64,000 bases of DNA from Escherichia coli. Its GTDB lineage: Bacteria; Pseudomonadota; Gammaproteobacteria; Enterobacterales; Enterobacteriaceae. The notes below the pieces were generated by a model. That model worked only from the letters and a program-made list of their open reading frames with translations, was not told where the DNA came from and did no database searches. Positions 1-14,051 of the stretch are shown one piece after another (positions within the stretch are counted from its first letter, which is position 1; every line of letters starts with the position of its first letter). Location of the stretch: NCBI RefSeq assembly GCF_016903815.1, contig NZ_CP069973.1. One strand, written 5' to 3'. Both the position numbers and the translations under genes were made by a program.

Positions 1-444
1 AAAAACGTCGAAGTTCTGGATTCTGGCGCGCGCGGCTCCACTAACACTTTTGTCGAGCGCGGAATTGGCGATGTACTGATTGCCTGGGAAAACGAAGCTC
101 TGCTGGCAGCGAATGAGCTGGGGAAAGATAAATTCGAAATCGTTACGCCGAGTGAGTCTATCCTCGCAGAGCCAACCGTGTCGGTGGTCGATAAAGTGGT
201 CGAGAAAAAAGGCACCAAAGAGGTGGCGGAAGCCTACCTGAAATATCTCTACTCGCCAGAAGGTCAGGAAATTGCCGCGAAAAACTACTACCGTCCGCGC
301 GATGCTGAGGTGGCGAAAAAGTACGAAAATGCGTTTCCAAAGCTGAAGTTATTCACCATTGATGAAGAGTTCGGCGGCTGGACGAAAGCGCAAAAAGAGC
401 ATTTTGCTAACGGCGGTACGTTCGATCAGATCAGCAAACGCTGA
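1..444 (+). CDS. sbp: sulfate-binding periplasmic protein, C-terminal part (5' end lies outside the window)
   Basis: Frame is open from nt 1 to the stop at 442-444; the C-terminal translation (...[86 protein letters not shown]) is recognised as the Sbp C-terminus; sits upstream of cdh-tpiA as in E. coli. Confidence 0.85.
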   Translation, partial: KNVEVLDSGARGSTNTFVERGIGDVLIAWENEALLAANELGKDKFEIVTPSESILAEPTVSVVDKVVEKKGTKEVAEAYLKYLYSPEGQEIAAKNYYRPRDAEVAKKYENAFPKLKLFTIDEEFGGWTKAQKEHFANGGTFDQISKR

Positions 445-550
445 TTTCCCCAGGATAATTATCAAACCCGGTGGTTTCTCGCGACCGGGTTTTTTATTTG
501 TCACGATTTTGCGTTACCCTTGCATCTCTTTGAGGTACAGGGAAAAAAAG

Positions 551-1306
551 ATGAAAAAAGCGGGTCTTCTTTTTTTGGTGATGATAGTTATCGCCGTTGT
601 GGCTGCCGGTATTGGTTACTGGAAATTAACCGGTGAAGAGTCGGATACACTACGTAAGATTGTCCTTGAGGAATGTTTGCCCAATCAACAGCAAAATCAA
701 AATCCTTCGCCATGTGCGGAAGTCAAACCCAATGCCGGATACGTGGTTTTAAAAGATCTTAATGGCCCACTGCAATATCTGTTGATGCCAACGTATCGTA
801 TTAACGGCACGGAAAGTCCTTTGTTGACCGATCCTTCAACGCCGAACTTCTTTTGGTTGGCCTGGCAGGCGCGTGATTTTATGAGCAAAAAATACGGCCA
901 GCCGGTTCCCGATCGCGCGGTTTCTTTGGCGATCAACTCTCGCACCGGGCGTACGCAAAACCATTTTAATATTCATATCTCTTGTATTCGTCCTGATGTG
1001 CGCGAACAGCTGGATAACAATCTGGCTAACATCAGCAGCCGCTGGTTGCCACTGCCAGGTGGTTTGCGTGGGCATGAGTACCTGGCGCGTCGGGTAACGG
1101 AAAGCGAACTGGTACAACGCAGCCCATTTATGATGCTTGCAGAGGAAGTGCCTGAGGCGCGGGAACATATGGGAAGCTACGGGCTGGCGATGGTGCGGCA
1201 GAGTGATAATTCGTTTGTTTTGCTGGCGACACAACGAAATCTACTGACGCTGAACCGTGCTTCAGCCGAGGAAATCCAGGATCATCAGTGTGAGATTTTG
1301 CGTTAA
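551..1306 (+). CDS. cdh: CDP-diacylglycerol pyrophosphatase
   Basis: 251-aa product starting [20 protein letters not shown] (N-terminal membrane anchor) inside the longer listed ORF 359..1306; length and sequence match E. coli Cdh. Confidence 0.9.
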   Translation: MKKAGLLFLVMIVIAVVAAGIGYWKLTGEESDTLRKIVLEECLPNQQQNQNPSPCAEVKPNAGYVVLKDLNGPLQYLLMPTYRINGTESPLLTDPSTPNFFWLAWQARDFMSKKYGQPVPDRAVSLAINSRTGRTQNHFNIHISCIRPDVREQLDNNLANISSRWLPLPGGLRGHEYLARRVTESELVQRSPFMMLAEEVPEAREHMGSYGLAMVRQSDNSFVLLATQRNLLTLNRASAEEIQDHQCEILR

Positions 1307-1328
1307 GGCGAGGAGTTAAGGAAAGTAA

Positions 1329-1351
1329 GTGCCGGATATGAAATCCGGCAC
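1329..1351. terminator. stem-loop between convergent cdh and tpiA (putative bidirectional terminator)
   Basis: Inverted repeat gtgccggat-atgaa-atccggcac between the two stop codons; no clear U-tract, so weak. Confidence 0.35.
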
Positions 1352-1360
1352 CTGTCAGAC

Positions 1361-2128
1361 TTAAGCCTGTTTAGCCGCTTCTGCAGCTTTAACGATCACT
1401 GCGAAAGCGTCAGCTTTCAGAGAAGCACCGCCAACCAGCGCGCCGTCGATGTCTGGCTGAGCAAACAGTTCTGCAGCGTTAGACGCGTTTACAGAGCCGC
1501 CGTACTGGATGATCACTTGTTCAGCGATGTTAGCGTCAACTTTAGCGATGTGGTCACGGATGAATTTGTGAACAGCCTGTGCCTGCGCCGGAGTTGCAGA
1601 TTTGCCAGTACCGATTGCCCATACTGGTTCGTAAGCGATTACCGCACCTTCGAATGCTGCAGCACCCTGAGTTTTCAGTACCGCGTCGATCTGACGTGCA
1701 CAAACTTCTTCAGTTTTGCCCGCTTCGTTTTCAGCTTCGGTTTCACCGATGCACAGAACCGGAGTCAGACCCTGCTCTTTCAGCACCGCGAATTTTTTCG
1801 CGATCAGTTCGTCAGACTCTTTGTGGTAAGTACGACGTTCAGAGTGGCCGATGATGATGTACTGTGCGCCGATGTCTTTCAGCATAGCAGCAGAGGTTTC
1901 ACCGGTGAATGCGCCGGACAGGTTCAGGTCCACGTTTTGCGCACCCAGCATGATGTGGCTGCCTTCAGCTTCACGCTTCGCCATATCGATGTACATTTCC
2001 GGTGGTGCGATTGCAACCGCACAGCCAGCAACACCTGCCAGCTCTTTACGCAGGTTAGAAACCAGCTCGTGAACCATGTGGCGGCTGCCGTTCAGTTTCC
2101 AGTTACCCATCACTAAAGGATGTCGCAT
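1361..2128 (-). CDS. tpiA: triosephosphate isomerase
   Basis: 255-aa [17 protein letters not shown]...; recognised as E. coli TpiA, full length. Confidence 0.97.
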
Positions 2129-2235
2129 TTTAATTCTCCACGCTTATAAGCGAATAAAGGAAGATGGCCGCCCCGCAGGGCAGCAGGTCTGTGAAACAGT
2201 ATAGAGATTCATCGGCACAAAGGCTTTGCTTTTTG

Positions 2236-2835
2236 TCATTTATTCAAACCTTCAAGCGATTCAGATAGCGCCAGCTTAATCGGTTCAACAGCGAAGGTCA
2301 GCCCCTTTTCGCCGTTGTCCGCGACAACATAACGCAGTGCACCTTCTGTCTCGGTGTAATAACGTTTGTTTTTCCCCGCCGTTAGTAGCGACTGCAGTTT
2401 TTTCTGGCTTTGTGTTTTGGTCATTAATGGGGTGAGTGTGCGGATCACCGCTGCCATGTATTCCTGAGCTTTCGCTTTCGCGGCTTTTTGCTCTGGCCCC
2501 TGGATGGGTAGCCAGGTCATTTGAATGCTTTTGATTTTTAAGGTACCGCGCTCCAGCGCTGTAGAAGCATACAAGTTCTCATTAATTTTACTGGCAGCAC
2601 GAGTGAGATTGGCTTTGTCGGGACTGCTGTCGATGGCACGAAATTCGTTCAGTGGCAGGCTGGGATTCTGGCTGTTAAAGTCTTCTCTAAACTGGCTGAT
2701 GGAGAGATCGAAAGTAGGGGCTCCAGCCAGCAGATAAGGCGCGGTCGTTGCCGTATCTGGTGTTTGTGCATGCGCCGTTGTTGTAACGGTTAATGCAGAA
2801 CATAAGAGAAAAAACAGCGTACACCCTGGCTTCAT
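2236..2835 (-). CDS. yiiQ: uncharacterised secreted protein YiiQ (DUF1454 family)
   Basis: 199-aa ORF with N-terminal signal-peptide-like segment (MKPGCTLFFLLCSALTVTTTAHAQ); position between tpiA and yiiR as in E. coli. Confidence 0.85.
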   Translation of the reverse strand: MKPGCTLFFLLCSALTVTTTAHAQTPDTATTAPYLLAGAPTFDLSISQFREDFNSQNPSLPLNEFRAIDSSPDKANLTRAASKINENLYASTALERGTLKIKSIQMTWLPIQGPEQKAAKAKAQEYMAAVIRTLTPLMTKTQSQKKLQSLLTAGKNKRYYTETEGALRYVVADNGEKGLTFAVEPIKLALSESLEGLNK

Positions 2836-2935
2836 TGACAGTACCTTTTGTTATGACTGGCTCCGATTAAAACGATATCTGTCGCCCTTGTCAAAAGGGT
2901 AGAATCCTGGAAAAGACAACCATCAAGGAACTTAC

Positions 2936-3376
2936 ATGACCATACAGCAATGGTTATTCTCATTTAAAGGGCGTATTGGACGCCGTGATTTCTGGATTTG
3001 GATAGGCCTGTGGTTCGCAGGCATGCTGGTGCTTTTCTCACTGGCGGGTAAAAATTTACTCGATATTCAGACTGCGGCGTTTTGCCTTGTGTGCTTGCTC
3101 TGGCCAACAGCGGCAGTAACCGTTAAGCGCTTGCATGATCGCGGGCGTTCCGGCGCATGGGCATTTCTGATGATTGTGGCGTGGATGCTGCTGGCGGGTA
3201 ACTGGGCGATTTTACCGGGTGTCTGGCAATGGGCGGTGGGGCGTTTTGTCCCGACGTTGATTCTGGTGATGATGCTTATCGATCTTGGTGCGTTTGTTGG
3301 CACACAAGGCGAAAATAAATATGGTAAAGATACCGAGGATGTGAAGTATAAAGCCGACAATAAATCAAGTAATTAA
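2936..3376 (+). CDS. yiiR: inner-membrane protein YiiR (DUF805 family)
   Basis: 146-aa ORF with several hydrophobic segments; matches E. coli YiiR in length and context. Confidence 0.85.
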   Translation: MTIQQWLFSFKGRIGRRDFWIWIGLWFAGMLVLFSLAGKNLLDIQTAAFCLVCLLWPTAAVTVKRLHDRGRSGAWAFLMIVAWMLLAGNWAILPGVWQWAVGRFVPTLILVMMLIDLGAFVGTQGENKYGKDTEDVKYKADNKSSN

Positions 3377-3587
3377 CCTTTAATATATCTCTTACTGCTA
3401 TTTTTTTCCGGGATTGTTATTTCCACGATGCAAATGACAATACCCGGAAAATCCTTCTGAACTCTTCACCTTAAGCAATATCAAAAAAAATGGTAATCCA
3501 TAAGATCATTACTTGTTTGTTCTTCCCTTAACGGCGCATTATTCTTAAGTCGTAATCGACAGAGAGGCGAATATACAGAGGTGCCCT

Positions 3588-3887
3588 ATGAAAGATGTCG
3601 TAGATAAATGCAGTACTAAAGGATGTGCGATTGATATCGGTACGGTGATTGATAACGACAACTGTACCAGTAAGTTTTCGCGCTTTTTTGCCACCCGCGA
3701 AGAAGCAGAGTCCTTTATGACCAAACTGAAAGAGCTTGCCGCCGCTGCATCCTCTGCAGATGAAGGGGCCAGCGTGGCCTATAAGATTAAGGATCTGGAG
3801 GGGCAAGTTGAGCTTGATGCGGCCTTCACCTTCTCATGCCAGGCCGAGATGATTATTTTTGAGTTATCACTGCGTTCGTTAGCTTGA
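3588..3887 (+). CDS. yiiS: uncharacterised protein YiiS (UPF0381)
   Basis: 99-aa ORF immediately upstream of uspD; matches E. coli YiiS. Confidence 0.8.
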   Translation: MKDVVDKCSTKGCAIDIGTVIDNDNCTSKFSRFFATREEAESFMTKLKELAAAASSADEGASVAYKIKDLEGQVELDAAFTFSCQAEMIIFELSLRSLA

Positions 3888-3913
3888 TGGAGTTGCTTTA
3901 GAAGGAGTTAAAC

Positions 3914-4342
3914 ATGGCTTATAAACACATTGGCGTGGCAATTTCCGGGAATGAAGAAGATGCCTTACTGGTGAATAAAGCCCTGGAGCTCGCCAGACAT
4001 AATGACGCTCACCTGACGTTAATTCATATTGATGATGGCTTAAGCGAGTTGTATCCGGGTATCTACTTCCCTGCAACAGAAGATATTCTTCAATTGTTGA
4101 AGAATAAGTCGGATAACAAGCTGTATAAACTGACGAAAAATATTCAATGGCCGAAGACAAAACTGCGTATTGAACGCGGAGAAATGCCGGAAACACTGCT
4201 GGAAATTATGCAAAAAGAGCAGTGCGACCTCCTTGTCTGTGGTCATCACCACTCATTTATCAACCGTTTGATGCCGGCATATCGCGGGATGATCAATAAG
4301 TTGAGTGCGGATTTGCTCATCGTGCCGTTTATCGATAAGTAA
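3914..4342 (+). CDS. uspD: universal stress protein D
   Basis: 142-aa [19 protein letters not shown]...; recognised as UspD. Confidence 0.9.
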   Translation: MAYKHIGVAISGNEEDALLVNKALELARHNDAHLTLIHIDDGLSELYPGIYFPATEDILQLLKNKSDNKLYKLTKNIQWPKTKLRIERGEMPETLLEIMQKEQCDLLVCGHHHSFINRLMPAYRGMINKLSADLLIVPFIDK

Positions 4343-4346
4343 CCGC

Positions 4347-5093
4347 TTACCAGTAATGCTCCGCTGTCATATGGCCCGGTCGGCGACGTAAATGTTTCGT
4401 CATCTGCCGGGTCTCTTTCAGCAACTGTTGCGTATCGCGCACCATCTGTGGATTGCCGCACAGCATCACATGGCTGGTTTCTTTATTCATCGGCAGGCCA
4501 ACCGCGCTTTCCAGTTCACCACTTTCAATTAACGCTGGTATCCGTCCGGTGAGCGACCCCGCTGCCGTTTCCCGACTGACCACCGTCTGAATGCGCAGTT
4601 TGCCTTCGTAGCGTTTTTCCAGTTCTTGCATCAGTGGCAAATAGCTTAAGTCGGCGGCATAACGTGCGGCGTGAACCAGGACCAGATTTTTGAAGCGATC
4701 TAAATCTTTGCCCAGTTGCAGAATCGATAAATAAGGGCCAATCGCTGTACCGGTTGCCAGCATCCATAGCGTTTCGCAATCTGGTACTTCATCCAGAACA
4801 AAGAAGCCAGCTGCTTCGCTAACCACCTGCACTTCATCGCCTGGTTTCAGTGCCGCCAATCGTGGGCTTAATTTGCCATCGGGGACGGTGACCAGGTAAA
4901 ACTCCAGATCGGGATTATCGGGCGAGTTAACATAGGAGTAGGCGCGCTGGACGCGTTCACCGTCGATTTCAAGGCCAAGCTTGGTAAATTGCCCGGCGGT
5001 AAACGGAAGCACGGGGGCGTGAACGGTGAGACTAAACAGGGCGTCGGTCCAGTTCTGCACTTTAGTGACTTTGCCTGTTACCCAATCAGCCAT
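4347..5093 (-). CDS. fpr: ferredoxin/flavodoxin-NADP+ reductase
   Basis: 248-aa ORF MADWVTGKVTKVQNWTDALFSLTVHAP...; recognised as Fpr. Confidence 0.93.
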   Translation of the reverse strand: MADWVTGKVTKVQNWTDALFSLTVHAPVLPFTAGQFTKLGLEIDGERVQRAYSYVNSPDNPDLEFYLVTVPDGKLSPRLAALKPGDEVQVVSEAAGFFVLDEVPDCETLWMLATGTAIGPYLSILQLGKDLDRFKNLVLVHAARYAADLSYLPLMQELEKRYEGKLRIQTVVSRETAAGSLTGRIPALIESGELESAVGLPMNKETSHVMLCGNPQMVRDTQQLLKETRQMTKHLRRRPGHMTAEHYW

Positions 5094-5140
5094 GTTTTTC
5101 TCCTGTTTTGATTGACTTGCCTTATCTTCGTTCTCCGAAC

Positions 5141-5167
5141 AAAAAAATTCCAGTCCCGAAGGACTGG
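5141..5167 (-). terminator. rho-independent terminator downstream of glpX
   Basis: Hairpin ccagtcc-cgaa-ggactgg with an A-run on the plus strand (U-run on the minus-strand transcript) just downstream of the glpX stop. Confidence 0.6.
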
Positions 5168-5189
5168 AAGGCTCAATCGATCAAATCAC

Positions 5190-6200
5190 TCAGAGAATGT
5201 GCACCTGCATTTCCGGGTCTTTGCGATCCAGATAGTGGATGGACTGAATGCGGCGAATAGTGCGTGACTTGCCGCGGATCAGCAGCGTTTCGGTAGTCGC
5301 GATATTGCCTTTGCGGCTAATGCCTTCCAGCAGATCGCCTTTGGTAATACCGGTGGCAGAGAAGATGACGTTATCGCTGCGCGCCATATCGCCCAGACGC
5401 AATACTTTACCGGCTTCGATGCCCATCGCTTTGCAGCGTGCCAGCTCCTGCTCGCCAATGCGACGATTCTCTTCGTTGTCGCCTTTGACGTCATGACGCG
5501 CCAGCAGACGACCGTTCATGTCACCATCTAATGCGCGGATCACCGCCGCAGAAACCACGCCTTCCGGCGCGCCACCAATACCGTACAGCACGTCAACTTC
5601 GCTGTCTGGCATACAGGTGAGAATTGAGGCCGCAACGTCGCCATCCGGAATAGCAAATACGCGTACGCCGAGTTGCTGCATTTCAGCGATAACGGCATCG
5701 TGGCGTGGTTTAGCCAGAATCGTTACCGTCAGTTCGCTCAACGGTTTGCCGAGCGCCGCCGCTACATTGCGCAGGTTATCCGCCAGCGGCAGGTTCAGAT
5801 CAATGGTGCCTTTGGCTCCCGGTCCGACGATCAGCTTCTCCATATACATATCTGGCGCGTTGAGGAAACAGCCTTTATCGCCTACTGCCAGCACCGCCAG
5901 CGCGTTAGCCTGGCCCATCGCCGTCATGCGCGTGCCTTCAATCGGATCAACAGCAATATCTACCGCGTCGCCGCGACCAGTACCGACTTTTTCACCAATG
6001 TAGAGCATCGGTGCTTCGTCGATTTCACCTTCACCAATAACGATGGTGCCGTCAATGTTGACCTGGTTGAGCATAATACGCATGGCGTTTACCGCTGCGC
6101 CGTCCGCGGTGTTTTTATCGCCGCGTCCTAACCATTTGTAGCCAGCCAGCGCCGCAGATTCGGTGACGCGGGAAAATTCGATGGCAAGTTCTCGTCTCAT
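5190..6200 (-). CDS. glpX: fructose-1,6-bisphosphatase class II
   Basis: 336-aa product starting MRRELAIEFSRVTESAALAGYKWLGRGDKN inside the longer listed ORF 5190..6311; matches E. coli GlpX. Confidence 0.93.
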   Translation of the reverse strand: MRRELAIEFSRVTESAALAGYKWLGRGDKNTADGAAVNAMRIMLNQVNIDGTIVIGEGEIDEAPMLYIGEKVGTGRGDAVDIAVDPIEGTRMTAMGQANALAVLAVGDKGCFLNAPDMYMEKLIVGPGAKGTIDLNLPLADNLRNVAAALGKPLSELTVTILAKPRHDAVIAEMQQLGVRVFAIPDGDVAASILTCMPDSEVDVLYGIGGAPEGVVSAAVIRALDGDMNGRLLARHDVKGDNEENRRIGEQELARCKAMGIEAGKVLRLGDMARSDNVIFSATGITKGDLLEGISRKGNIATTETLLIRGKSRTIRRIQSIHYLDRKDPEMQVHIL

Positions 6201-6295
6201 AGCAAACTCTAAGCAGTAAGGAATGGCGCGAAGTGTAGCACAGGGGAAGGGCGGGATTATTGATGTGTGCGGGGTTGCCCCCGCACGATTCAGGA

Positions 6296-6330
6296 CTACC
6301 GGATGCGGCATAAACGCTTCATCCGGTATT
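6296..6330. repeat. REP-like palindromic element in the glpK-glpX intergenic region
   Basis: ccggatgcggcataaacgcttcatccgg resembles the enterobacterial REP consensus; a GC-rich hairpin (gtgcgggg-ttgc-ccccgcac) lies at 6267-6286. Confidence 0.5.
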
Positions 6331-6334
6331 TACA

Positions 6335-8711
<2,377 letters not shown>

Positions 8712-9087
8712 AATCGGATCCTGAAGAGTTAATGTTTGTTGTATGCGTGAAAGTCACGGACCTCCACGATGCTTGTAGGCATGCTGTAAACTTATCGTTA
8801 ACGAGCAAAAACGAGAAATATCGAACTTAAAATGTGTGTGCTTCGTCATAAAATGAGCGTTATCGCGCCATTTATTCCATCTGATTGTACATGATGCATG
8901 TTTGTTAGATCATTCGCGCAACAAATTTATTAACATTTTCGATTGATGTGGATTATGTCACCAGGAGAAGGATGAAAAGTGTGGCAAACCGTAATCTGCA
9001 AGGCGTGCCGCTGGACAGCGATGGCGCGGCTTCATACAATCGGAGCTAACTAAAGTGCGCTCGTATTTATTAAGGCGTCACCGGTAA

Positions 9088-9381
<294 letters not shown>

Positions 9382-9435
9382 TTACGCTTCATCTTCCGCG
9401 TAATTTCTTTACTGTGTAGGCCAACAGGTAACGCA

Positions 9436-9464
9436 GAAAAAAGGCACCTTGCGGTGCCTTTTCT
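9436..9464. terminator. bidirectional rho-independent terminator between zapB and rraA
   Basis: Hairpin aggcacc-ttgc-ggtgcct flanked by an A-run upstream and a T-run downstream. Confidence 0.7.
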
Positions 9465-9465
9465 A

Positions 9466-9951
9466 TCATTCAATATCCAACGGATCTTCAGAAAGAATAA
9501 TCCCGGTATTGTCGGCATAAAGATGGTCGCCGGAGAAGAAGGTGACACCGCCAAAATTGACGCGGACATCGCTTTCGCCAATGCCTTCGCCAGCAGCACC
9601 AACCGGAATTGCCGCCATCGCCTGGATGCCGATATCCAACTCTTCCAGGTCATCTACCTGACGCACCGCGCCGTAAATGACCAGACCTTCCCATTCATTT
9701 TGTACTGCCAGACGCGCCAGTTCAGCATCGACCAGTGCGCGACGAACAGAACCACCGCCATCGACGACCAGAACACGACCACGGCCATTCTGTTCGAGCA
9801 GATCGTACAGCAACCCGTTGTCCTCGAAACATTTTACCGTGATTATTTGTCCGCCAAACGACGCCCGTCCGCCAAAGTTGGAGAACAGCGGTTCCACGAC
9901 GTTAACATCTTCTTGATAGATGTCACAAAGCTCGGAAGTATCGTATTTCAT
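9466..9951 (-). CDS. rraA: ribonuclease E inhibitor RraA
   Basis: 161-aa [31 protein letters not shown]...; recognised as RraA (formerly MenG). Confidence 0.93.
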
Positions 9952-10043
9952 AGGCTTAACATTCAGTTGCTGCGAGAATTTTCAGTATATCGCGCTATGT
10001 AGGCTGTTGGCAAAATCATCAATTGTTAATTGATATTTGTCAG

Positions 10044-10970
10044 TTATGCTGCCCACTGGCTTAGGAATATCCCTAAAACAAACAGCAGGTTAGTCAGTAA
10101 CGCTCCCTTGACAGTGCGTTCCAGCATCGGTCGCATCGCCACCGGGTCCATTTCCCGCATCACATAACGGGCTTGCTTCACCAGTAATGGCGCCGCCAGC
10201 AGGAACAGCCAGCCCCACAGGCTATGCAGCGAAAAGAGATTAAACAGCGCCAGGCACACCAGAGAGCCCATCAGCAGGCAGGCATGATAACGACGCGCGT
10301 TCACTTCACCTAAGCGCACCACCAGCGTGTTTTTGCCATTTTCGCGGTCGCTATTGATATCACGCAGGTTATTAATGTTCAGTACTGCCGTTGCCAGCAG
10401 GCCGCATGCGGTCGCTGGAAGGATCAGCGCCGGAATCAATGTATGAGCCTGTAAATACCAGCTGCCCATGACGCTCAACCAGCCAAAGAAAACCAGTACG
10501 GAAATATCACCCAGACCGATATAACCATAAGGACGATTGCCCACGGTGTAGGTGATAGCGGCAATGATCGACAACCCGCCAAGAATCAGGAAGCCGACAA
10601 AATCGGCCAGCGTATGGCACGCCACTGCAACCAGTGCCAGCCCGGAGAGACAGATGAGCACGACGGTAATAATGAGCGCCCGTTTCATCTCTTGCTGGGT
10701 AATGACCCCTTTTTGCATGCCGCGTAGCGGTCCGATACGGTCAGGTTTATCGCTGCCTTTTACCGCATCGCCGTAATCATTGGCGAGGTTAGAAAGGATC
10801 TGTAATAGCCCGGCGGTAATCAGTGCCAGCAGGGCGACCAGCGGATCGAAGTGACCTTGCCACCATGCCAGCGCCGTCCCGACGATAATTGCAGCAAAGG
10901 CGAGGGGGAGGGTTTTAGGTCGTAAACTTTCCAGCCACGCCTGAGTTCGGCTAATTTGTTGTTCAGTCAT
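10044..10970 (-). CDS. menA: 1,4-dihydroxy-2-naphthoate octaprenyltransferase
   Basis: 308-aa product starting MTEQQISRTQAWLESLRPKTLPLAF inside the listed ORF 10044..10982; polytopic membrane protein matching MenA. Confidence 0.92.
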   Translation of the reverse strand: MTEQQISRTQAWLESLRPKTLPLAFAAIIVGTALAWWQGHFDPLVALLALITAGLLQILSNLANDYGDAVKGSDKPDRIGPLRGMQKGVITQQEMKRALIITVVLICLSGLALVAVACHTLADFVGFLILGGLSIIAAITYTVGNRPYGYIGLGDISVLVFFGWLSVMGSWYLQAHTLIPALILPATACGLLATAVLNINNLRDINSDRENGKNTLVVRLGEVNARRYHACLLMGSLVCLALFNLFSLHSLWGWLFLLAAPLLVKQARYVMREMDPVAMRPMLERTVKGALLTNLLFVLGIFLSQWAA

Positions 10971-10980
10971 AATACGCGCC

Positions 10981-11005
10981 AATAAAAATGGGGCCTTTCA
11001 GCCCC
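10981..11005 (-). terminator. rho-independent terminator downstream of hslVU
   Basis: Hairpin ggggc-ctttca-gcccc followed on the minus strand by a U-run (plus-strand aataaaaat). Confidence 0.6.
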
Positions 11006-11036
11006 ATCAAACAATGATGAAAATGATTGAACGCGA

Positions 11037-12368
11037 TTATAGGATAAAACGGCTCAGATCTTCATCTGCCACCAACGCATCCAGATGTTTGCTCACATAA
11101 TCTGCGTCAATAGTGATGGTTTGACCGCTTAAATCGCTGGCGTCGTAGGAAATCTCTTCCATTAAACGCTCCAGAACGGTATGTAAACGACGAGCACCGA
11201 TGTTTTCGGTAGATTCGTTCACCTGCCATGCCGCTTCCGCGATGCGCTTAATACCGGAGTCGGTAAACTCGATATTTACGCCTTCAGTCGCCATCAGTGC
11301 TTTGTACTGCACGGTAATAGAGGCATTCGGCTCGGTCAGAATACGTTCGAAGTCGCTGGTGGTCAGTGCCTGCAGCTCAACGCGGATTGGCAGACGACCT
11401 TGCAGTTCCGGGATCAGGTCAGACGGTTTCGCAATCTGGAACGCGCCAGAAGCGATAAACAGAATGTGGTCAGTTTTGACCATCCCGTGTTTGGTGGAAA
11501 CGGTGCAACCTTCTACCAGCGGCAGCAGGTCACGCTGAACACCTTCACGAGAAACATCCGGACCGGAAGACTCGCCGCGCTTACAGATTTTGTCGATTTC
11601 GTCGATAAACACGATCCCGTGCTGCTCAACAGCGTCGATAGCGTCTTGCTTCAGCTCTTCCGGATTCACCAGTTTCGCCGCTTCTTCTTCAATCAGCAGC
11701 TTCATGGCGTCTTTGATTTTCAGCTTACGTGCTTTTTGCTTCTGGCCGCCCAGGTTCTGGAACATGGACTGCAGCTGGCTGGTCATCTCTTCCATTCCCG
11801 GAGGAGCCATAATTTCAACGCCCATCGGTGCTGCGGCAAGATCGATCTCGATTTCTTTGTCATCAAGCTGGCCTTCACGCAGTTTCTTGCGGAATGCCTG
11901 ACGAGCAGCGGACGGTTCCTGCTGCTGTTCGGTCTGTCCCCAGTTGTTTTTAGCAGGTGGGATCAGCACGTCGAGAATACGTTCTTCTGCCAGTTCTTCA
12001 GCGCGATAACGGTTTTTCTCGATAGCCTGGACGCGTACCATTTTCACGGCGGCATCGGTCAGATCGCGAATAATAGAATCCACTTCCTTACCGACATAGC
12101 CCACTTCGGTGAATTTGGTCGCTTCAACTTTGATGAACGGCGCATTCGCCAGCTTAGCCAGACGACGGGCGATTTCAGTTTTACCGACACCGGTCGGGCC
12201 GATCATCAGGATATTTTTCGGGGTCACTTCATGGCGCAGCTCTTCGTTGAGCTGCATGCGACGCCAGCGGTTACGCAGAGCAATCGCCACAGAACGCTTG
12301 GCGTTGTCCTGGCCGATGATGTGCTTATCCAGTTCGCTGACGATTTCGCGTGGGGTCATTTCAGACAT
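11037..12368 (-). CDS. hslU: ATP-dependent protease ATPase subunit HslU
   Basis: 443-aa ORF with Walker A ([15 protein letters not shown]); recognised as HslU. Confidence 0.97.
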
Positions 12369-12377
12369 GGGAGATCC

Positions 12378-12908
12378 TTACGCTTTGTAGCTTAATTCTT
12401 CGATGGTGTGGAAATGGTTGGTATAGATGCAAATGTCGCCTGCAATATCCAACGCCTTTTCAGCAATTTCACGGGCGCTAAGTTCAGTGTTTTCTAACAG
12501 CGCGCGCGCCGCAGCCTGGGCGTAAGGGCCGCCGGAGCCGATAGCAATAAGATCGTTTTCTGGCTGCACCACGTCACCGTTACCGGTGATGATAAGCGAT
12601 GCAGTTTCATCCGCGACTGCCAGCAGTGCTTCAAGTTTGCGCAGCATGCGATCGGTACGCCAGTCTTTCGCCAGCTCAACGGCGGCTTTGACCAGATGGC
12701 CCTGATGCATTTCCAGTTTACGTTCAAACAGTTCGAACAGCGTAAAAGCATCCGCAGTACCGCCCGCAAAGCCCGCGATGACTTTGTCGTTGTACAGACG
12801 GCGGACCTTTTTCACGTTGCCTTTCATTACGGTATTGCCCAACGTGGCCTGACCATCACCAGCGATGACCACATGGCCGTTACGGCGTACGCTTACTATA
12901 GTTGTCAC
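12378..12908 (-). CDS. hslV: ATP-dependent protease peptidase subunit HslV
   Basis: 176-aa [34 protein letters not shown]...; recognised as HslV, 9 bp upstream of hslU. Confidence 0.97.
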
Positions 12909-13000
12909 GAGCTGACCCCTTGGTTACGAATACAGAGTACAAACCCCGTACAAAAGTACGGGGCATAATGCAATTATAGATGGGGGGGATTTTGAGGGTT

Positions 13001-13960
13001 TCAACCCCCGGCGGCGAGCCGAATGCAGTTTGTATGACCCGCCATCTTCAAGCGATTGAGGGTGCTGTCTGCGTTCTCTTTGCCTTTCACCGGGCCAATG
13101 ACCACACGATTCCAGCCATTGTTGGTGGTGATTTTCGAGTCAAAGCCTTCGAACGCCAGCTGAGCACGTACCGTCTCTGCCTGTTCCGCGCCTCTGAACG
13201 AACCGCACTGCACCATCCAGCGGCGTTCGTCTTTTTTCTCCGCCGTCGGTTTTGGCGCGTCAGCGGCACGAGCAACTGGCGCAGCTTGCTGCGGCTTCGA
13301 CTGCGCAGTCGTGTGTGCAGGAGTTTGCAGCAGATCCTGGTACGGCTGCTGAGTAGAAGCCGGTTTAGACTGGCGCGGTTGCGCCTGTACCGGTGCGGCT
13401 TGCGACGTACGCGTCTGCTGCTGCCAGCTTTGTTCAGTCGTACGCGACTGCTGAGCCAGGCGTTGCTGCTCCGCTAATTGCTGCGCCTGACGCTGGCGCT
13501 GTAGCGTTTGCTGACGCTGTTCCGGCGTCTGCTCATTCCACGGAACTTCAACCAGCTGCGTTGGCTGCTGGCGCATATCAGCCTGCATTTGCTCAAGGAG
13601 CTGGCGTTGCTCTGGTGTTAGTTGCTCCGGCGTTTTCACTTCACCACCGGCAGAAGGTTCTGTAGGCGCACGCACACCTGGCTGGCGACTTTCCAGCTCT
13701 TTAATGTAGCGCCAGCGTTCTTCTGGTTTTGGTGGTAGTCCGTTTCCGGTCACTTTCTGGCTTTGCAGCGTCTCGGACTCTTCTTTCTTGTGATGCGTAA
13801 TGAAGTACAGACCACCGATAAAGGTCACAAGAACGGCGGCAGCAATAGCGACCATAGCGGGAGAAACCGCAGGCAGATTTCGTTGCTTTTTCCGTGAGGT
13901 GCTCTTTTTTCGCCGCGAAGGTGCCGGTTGGCTGCGGCGTACATAATCTCGTTGTGCCAC
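13001..13960 (-). CDS. ftsN: cell division protein FtsN
   Basis: 319-aa ORF with N-terminal membrane anchor, Gln/Pro-rich linker and C-terminal SPOR-like region; recognised as FtsN. Confidence 0.93.
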   Translation of the reverse strand: MAQRDYVRRSQPAPSRRKKSTSRKKQRNLPAVSPAMVAIAAAVLVTFIGGLYFITHHKKEESETLQSQKVTGNGLPPKPEERWRYIKELESRQPGVRAPTEPSAGGEVKTPEQLTPEQRQLLEQMQADMRQQPTQLVEVPWNEQTPEQRQQTLQRQRQAQQLAEQQRLAQQSRTTEQSWQQQTRTSQAAPVQAQPRQSKPASTQQPYQDLLQTPAHTTAQSKPQQAAPVARAADAPKPTAEKKDERRWMVQCGSFRGAEQAETVRAQLAFEGFDSKITTNNGWNRVVIGPVKGKENADSTLNRLKMAGHTNCIRLAAGG

Positions 13961-14051
13961 TATCGTTTCGCTGTATTTATTCGTTCGTCAGCCCGCCATG
14001 TTACTTAAGCGGCGGGCCTTTGACCAGTCACGGCAGTCTTAAAGGTTTACT

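Noticed and set aside
359-550. Upstream extensions of listed ORFs beyond the recognised starts (cdh from 359, glpX to 6311, glpK to 7948, metJ to 25310, metB from 25272, katG from 33386, gldA to 38721, eptC to 49891, argE to 54172, priA to 17503 and others)
   Set aside because: The extensions overlap upstream genes or intergenic promoter regions and add residues absent from the known proteins. Internal start codons give the expected lengths.
1517-2116. 199-aa plus-strand ORF antisense to tpiA, and similar long antisense ORFs opposite hslU (11400..12395), glpK, ppc, pflD and metL
   Set aside because: Each is fully contained within a strongly supported housekeeping gene on the opposite strand and has no recognisable protein features.
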